64,000 bases of DNA from Candidatus Bathyarchaeia archaeon (GTDB taxonomy: Archaea > Thermoproteota > Bathyarchaeia > Bathyarchaeales > Bathycorpusculaceae): the NCBI GenBank assembly GCA_049515895.1, contig JBEKTQ010000010.1, forward strand, positions 1-64,000. The letters run 5' to 3'. Below are positions 59,511-64,000 of the stretch, piece after piece. Positions within the stretch are counted from its first letter, which is position 1. Each line of letters opens with the position of its first letter. Below the pieces are notes generated by a model that had not been told where the DNA came from, made no database searches, and saw only the letters and a program-made list of their open reading frames with translations. Both the position numbers and the translations under genes were made by a program.

Positions 59511-60224
59511 ATGCCCTCAGAGACGACAGCCCCTGTTAGAAAACCGTTCTACCTGCGTCCACCCTGGAACATTCTGTTTGAAATCAGCAAGCTTGAGAAA
59601 CTAACGCCCTGGAACGTTAACATCGCTTATCTTCTTAGGTCATTTCTGTCCGAAATGGAGCGAACAAACAAAACGGATTTTCGAGCCTCAGGCGTCGCAT
59701 TGGACTCTTCGGCTCTGATTTATTTGATGAAGTCCAAGCTGCTGCTTACTCTGCAAGAGCCGCCTGCCCCGCCAGCGCGTCCTCAGGATTACGTTCCACC
59801 TCCCCTTTTCCTGCCGCTTAGGCACGAATTGACTTCAACGACTATTCAGCATCTGCTTGAAGTCTTAGACGACGTGTTGAAAGGCGAAAGATTGCTTAAT
59901 CTGGACCACGTAGTCGCGCAGCACCCGATTTTGCCATCGGTTACAGATTTGCTTCCGCAGTTTGACAAGTTCATGGCTGAAATCGAGCTGCAGATCAACA
60001 ATTTATATGCGATTTTATGTGAGAAAGTTGGAGGTTCAGGAATAATTGATTTTTCAACTCTCACTAAAACCATGACCAGAATTGAAGCGTTGAGAACATT
60101 TATTTACCTGTTGTTTTTAGCTCAAGATGCCGTTGTAAGTTTATGGCAGAATGAAGAAACTGAAGAATTATACATTGCCGTGGGGAAACTAAACGTTGGA
60201 AAAGCCGAAGGAACAAACCCTTGA
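59511..60224 (+). CDS. scpA: Kleisin ScpA
   Basis: PWNVNI, MKSKLL, FIYLLFL...WQ; follows smc. Confidence 0.85.
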   Translation: MPSETTAPVRKPFYLRPPWNILFEISKLEKLTPWNVNIAYLLRSFLSEMERTNKTDFRASGVALDSSALIYLMKSKLLLTLQEPPAPPARPQDYVPPPLFLPLRHELTSTTIQHLLEVLDDVLKGERLLNLDHVVAQHPILPSVTDLLPQFDKFMAEIELQINNLYAILCEKVGGSGIIDFSTLTKTMTRIEALRTFIYLLFLAQDAVVSLWQNEETEELYIAVGKLNVGKAEGTNP

Positions 60225-60795
60225 ATTAAACCCTGATGAGGAGCAAGCTTTGGATGCAGGGCGGCAAGCCCGCTGTATCGCGCTCTTGGAGGCTGCGCTT
60301 TACATTGCTGGTCGCCCACTAGACTTAAATGAGCTGTGCCAAGTGATAGGCAGCCGCTCCAAAAAGAAAGCGCAGAAGTATGCTGAAGTTCTCAGGCAAG
60401 AATACAGTGCACGAAACACGGCGCTTGAAATCCTCGCCCTAAAAGATGAACGCTATGTTCTACAGGTTAAGGCGGAATTCACTCCGCTGATTAAGAAACT
60501 GGTAAACAAGCCGCTGCTGTCTTCTGGACCGCTAAAAACGCTTTCATACATTGCTTATCGTCAGCCTGTCTCGCAGAAAAGGGTCATCGATGTCCGCGGG
60601 CAGCATGCGTATGGGCATGTGAAGTTGCTTAAGGATATGGGGCTGATTGTCTCAGAAAGAAGCGGGCGCTCCTTGGTTTTGAGGACAACCGACTTCTTTG
60701 CCGACTACTTCGGGTTAGCACATGATATTGCGTCGATGAAGAAAGACCTCAAACGCATATTCGGTGAAGCCTTAAAAGTAGAACAAGAAAAATAA
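60196..60795 (+). CDS. scpB: Kite protein ScpB
   Basis: LEAALY, TLSYIAYRQP, TTDFFADYFG. Confidence 0.93.
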   Translation: MEKPKEQTLELNPDEEQALDAGRQARCIALLEAALYIAGRPLDLNELCQVIGSRSKKKAQKYAEVLRQEYSARNTALEILALKDERYVLQVKAEFTPLIKKLVNKPLLSSGPLKTLSYIAYRQPVSQKRVIDVRGQHAYGHVKLLKDMGLIVSERSGRSLVLRTTDFFADYFGLAHDIASMKKDLKRIFGEALKVEQEK

Positions 60796-61046
60796 AGAAG
60801 AAGAAATCTGCTCTCTGTCCTTCCGAGATTTTTATTGATTGCCGTTTTTAATTTGGGGCAACTGTTCTTTGCGGGTTCCCGCAGGTATATCTCTTTTTCT
60901 GAGTGACGGCTACTTAAAATCATCGAATAGTTAGTGGGCCTAAGGAGAAAAGCAATCTGTAACAAGCGGCTTGAAACGGATACGTTTATATGGAAATTTA
61001 CTGTTTTAGTGACTACGCTATTATATATTCATAGGAAATGTAGAAA

Positions 61047-61445
61047 ATGTCAGTTTGGCATGGCACCTTACGCAAAAGAAAACTTACCGGCGGCAAAAAG
61101 CGAGCCTACCGCGTGAAGAAAAAATACGAGGCAGGCGGTTTCCCGGCTGAGACAATCCTTGGCGAACCCAAGAGGAAAAGTGTCCGAGGCTTGGGCGGGA
61201 ACACGAAAGTCAAAGTCTTAAGCGACAAGTTCGTTTCAGTAACTGACCCGAAAACGGGAAAAACGCAAAAAACTGAAATTACCCGTGTCGTCCGTAACGG
61301 CGCAAACGTTGATTACAACCGCAGAGGCGTCATAACTAAAGGCGCAGAAATCGAAACTACCTTAGGGTTAGCAAAGGTTACCAGTCGCCCTGGAAACGAC
61401 GGCATAATTAATGCGGTTCTGATTCAAAGAAAAGAAAAAGCTTGA
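61047..61445 (+). CDS. rps8e: 30S ribosomal protein S8e
   Basis: RKLTGG, RRGVITKGA, SRPGNDG. Confidence 0.96.
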   Translation: MSVWHGTLRKRKLTGGKKRAYRVKKKYEAGGFPAETILGEPKRKSVRGLGGNTKVKVLSDKFVSVTDPKTGKTQKTEITRVVRNGANVDYNRRGVITKGAEIETTLGLAKVTSRPGNDGIINAVLIQRKEKA

Positions 61446-61446
61446 G

Positions 61447-61749
61447 TTACTGCGTTTTCGCAGGAATATTTTTCAGCTTTAATAGTTGTTTTGCGATTTT
61501 CAGGATTATCTTTTCTTTTGCTTCCCTCTTTTCGACAAGCAACATTCCAGTCTTAGCCCAGGGTATCCTTGGGAAGTGAGCTTCAAGCCTGACTTCGTTC
61601 TTTAAACCCAGTTTGTCAACCGCAACTTTGATTTCGTCGATTTTCGGCGATTGCACGGCTAAGTTCTTTGCGACACGGCGCCCGTTTCTTCTGGTTTTGT
61701 TGGCGTCGAAGTAGATTGGCCAAATTATGGCTTTGTCGAGTTTTTTCAT
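61447..61749 (-). CDS. srp19: Signal recognition particle protein SRP19
   Basis: IWPIYFD..KTR..GRRV...FPRIPW. Confidence 0.93.
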   Translation of the reverse strand: MKKLDKAIIWPIYFDANKTRRNGRRVAKNLAVQSPKIDEIKVAVDKLGLKNEVRLEAHFPRIPWAKTGMLLVEKREAKEKIILKIAKQLLKLKNIPAKTQ

Positions 61750-61762
61750 GCTGGTTCATCTC

Positions 61763-63514
61763 TTATTTGTGAGCGTAATAAGCGACCATCTTCTGGTTTA
61801 CTTGGTCCACTCGGGTGAATCCGAAACGTTCAAACTGTATGATGGCGTCTGGCTTTAACTTTTTGCAGGCACTCTCCGCATACCCATCGATGACTGAAGC
61901 GTCAGGCATGACAATTTGGCATGGGAATTCTTCGCCTTTGGGAATCCATTGGATAAGCTGAACCTTGATTTTTCTCACGTCGTCGTATGACTCGCTAGCG
62001 AACGATGCCGTCGCGGTGTTGGCTGTTTTGGCTCCGTCTTTGACGTTGAAAAGCTCCATGAGCCTTACTATCTTGCCCGGCTCAAAAACTTCCGCGTCTT
62101 TCTTTGAAATCCAGAATCCCGTTGCTTGCTCCTCGCCTTCGGGAGCCACGGCGTATTCTCTGAATCCGCGTTCAGGCTTCTCGGGGTGTAAAGGGAGTTT
62201 GGCGTGGAAGGTTTTCGGCACGTTTAAAACTTTAAGCTCAAATGGTTCAGCGACGAAGAAGTATCTGTTGCTTGACGCGTCAAGAATTTTGCGGTTGTAA
62301 GAGAACAGGTTCTCCCAGCTTAGGGTGACATCGTTGGGTTTTGTCCCGACATCTACTATCATTTTTTTAATAGCTTCCGGCGTGATGCCTCGTTTCCTCA
62401 AAGCTGCGAAGGTTCCAAGTCTAGGGTCGTCGTAGCCTATGTAGGTGCAGTCTTTCACTCCTTGAACGATTTTTGACTTGCTCAGAAAAGCCCCTGTGAT
62501 TTTTAGTCTACCATAATGTATCGCTTCAGGGTATATCCAGCCCAGGTGATGATACATGTATTTTTGGCGAACCATGTTCGTGTAGTGTTCTTTGCCTCGT
62601 ATGATGTGTGTCATACCCATCAAGTGGTCGTCTAAGCCTGCTGCCAAATTGTAGAGGGGCCATACGATGTATTTGCTTCCCACTCTCGGATGAGGATACT
62701 TTTTCGTATCAATAACCCTCAGGGCTGGCCAGTCTCTAACGGCTGGGTTCGGATGCTCCACGTCAGTTTTCACTCGAACCACCGCTTGCCCTTCCAAGTA
62801 ACCACCGCTTAACATGCGTTTCCAGAGCTCCAGCTGCTCTTTTGCCGGAAGGTTTCGACACGGGCAGGCTTGTTTTGCTAACGTTTTCTTGCGGAACTCT
62901 TCAGGCGGGCACTCGCAGACGTAGGCATTGCTGTCCCCGATAAGCCGCTCCGTATATTCGTAGTAGATTGGGAGTCTGTCACTTTGGATATATTCTTCGT
63001 CGACTTTGCAGCCGAGCCACTTCAAATCTTGCCTGATGCTGTCGTAGAAAATGAGTGATGGCCTCTTCACTTTTGGGTCTGTATCCTCGAAGCGTAGGAT
63101 GAATTTGCCGTTGTACATGCGGGCGTATTCGTGGCTTAGTAGGATGGCTCTTGCAGAGCCCAAATGTAGGACGCAGTCAGGGTTAGGGGAGAAACGGGTC
63201 ACCATCAAAGGATACTTGTCGGCGTTAGGCAACGGGGGAAGGCGTTTTTCCTCAGCTTTCTCTTTCTTTTGGGTTTCAGGCCAATTTTTCTCAACAATTG
63301 CCTTCTGCTCCGCGAAAGAGAGGCTGTTGACTTCATTCACTACCGCGTTTATTATGCCTGAAAGTTCTCTCGCTTTTGGCCGAAGGTCCGCTCTTTCGCC
63401 GAGAATTCTGCCTACTAAGGCGCCTGCCTGGGCTTTGCCGTCGTGGGAAACAGCGTTCAACAAGGCGGCTTTCTGAATTAAGTCTTTTAGTTCGTTATCA
63501 TTTTCTATTGCCAA
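61763..63514 (-). CDS. gltX: Glutamyl-tRNA synthetase
   Basis: RFSPNP, HLGS, RFEDTD, LSKS, QFERFGF. Confidence 0.96.
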   Translation of the reverse strand: MAIENDNELKDLIQKAALLNAVSHDGKAQAGALVGRILGERADLRPKARELSGIINAVVNEVNSLSFAEQKAIVEKNWPETQKKEKAEEKRLPPLPNADKYPLMVTRFSPNPDCVLHLGSARAILLSHEYARMYNGKFILRFEDTDPKVKRPSLIFYDSIRQDLKWLGCKVDEEYIQSDRLPIYYEYTERLIGDSNAYVCECPPEEFRKKTLAKQACPCRNLPAKEQLELWKRMLSGGYLEGQAVVRVKTDVEHPNPAVRDWPALRVIDTKKYPHPRVGSKYIVWPLYNLAAGLDDHLMGMTHIIRGKEHYTNMVRQKYMYHHLGWIYPEAIHYGRLKITGAFLSKSKIVQGVKDCTYIGYDDPRLGTFAALRKRGITPEAIKKMIVDVGTKPNDVTLSWENLFSYNRKILDASSNRYFFVAEPFELKVLNVPKTFHAKLPLHPEKPERGFREYAVAPEGEEQATGFWISKKDAEVFEPGKIVRLMELFNVKDGAKTANTATASFASESYDDVRKIKVQLIQWIPKGEEFPCQIVMPDASVIDGYAESACKKLKPDAIIQFERFGFTRVDQVNQKMVAYYAHK

Positions 63515-63532
63515 ACCATTTACACTCGCAAA

Positions 63533-64000
63533 CTACTTGTTTCTCTTAATCAAGAATTCAGCGAACGCCCTTAATTTTTCCTTAGCTTGGAGCGTAGGCA
63601 ACAGCTTTTCAGTTTCAACCCAGCTTTCCTCTACCATTCGTTCCGCTGTTTGTCTGACGTGTTCTATGGCCCCGTACTTCTGCATTAAAGCGATTGCCTC
63701 GTCTCGCAACGCCTGTTCGGTGGTATGCATGTTAAGGATCTGGATGAGCCGCTTCCTGTCGGTATTGTTAGCCTTTCCAAGCGTGTTAATAACCATTAAG
63801 CTGCGTTTGCCCTCGGTAATATCTTGCCCGACGCCGCCTTTTTTCTTAGCGAAGTCTACACCAGTTAAATCTAAAATGTCATCTTGCATTTGGAACGCTA
63901 CTCCAATGCTTTCTGCTAGACGCCCGAGCTTTTCTACCAGGGGCTTGTTTGCTCCTGCCAGCACAGCAGCCATTTTCGCGGCCATCCGTGCAAGGGTGCC
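63533..64000 (-). CDS. Polyprenyl (GGPP) synthase, 5'-truncated by the window edge
   Basis: AFQMQDDILD, GQDITEGK. Confidence 0.88.
   Translation of the reverse strand, partial: GTLARMAAKMAAVLAGANKPLVEKLGRLAESIGVAFQMQDDILDLTGVDFAKKKGGVGQDITEGKRSLMVINTLGKANNTDRKRLIQILNMHTTEQALRDEAIALMQKYGAIEHVRQTAERMVEESWVETEKLLPTLQAKEKLRAFAEFLIKRNK

Noticed and set aside
55959-60795. smc-scpA-scpB as a Wadjet-like defence system
   Set aside because: Canonical condensin motifs, no JetD-like nuclease, and a core gene context.
60800-61040. SRP RNA near rps8e/srp19
   Set aside because: AT-rich, with no helix-8 motif; only a short hairpin at 60870-60883.
1-64000. CRISPR array
   Set aside because: No regularly spaced repeats were seen; the 28-bp duplication has no spacer.

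Overview
Archaeal DNA, most likely Bathyarchaeia. This is inferred from archaeal ribosomal proteins, TFB, Alba, Gar1, F420-dependent Mtd, SMC-ScpA-ScpB and multi-PAS kinases. The left third (about 1-22 kb) is accessory: a possible Cas1-like 3' tail, GT-C/LamG/radical SAM genes, a SufCB-type Fe-S pair, a signal-transduction island, an HxlR-linked ABC-2 exporter, and tRNA-Gly(TCC) with integration-like scars. The rest is mostly core: RtcB/archease, adk, TET peptidase, two methylene-H4MPT dehydrogenases, a complete DAP lysine operon, ribosomal proteins (including rpl40e, missed by the ORF track), tfb, aspS, smc-scpAB and gltX. The best candidate new system is a minus-strand two-component operon in which a degenerate receiver fragment is fused to a single TFB-like cyclin/HTH repeat, flanked by DUF3227/NitrOD5-like proteins, a receiver and a 7-PAS kinase. 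Also notable: a ~300-bp CxxC-ORF cassette between repeated promoter/+1 motifs at the 5' end of tRNA-Gly, and a perfect 28-bp tandem duplication that frameshifts a GAF-PAS kinase. All family calls come from motif recognition; no searches were run.
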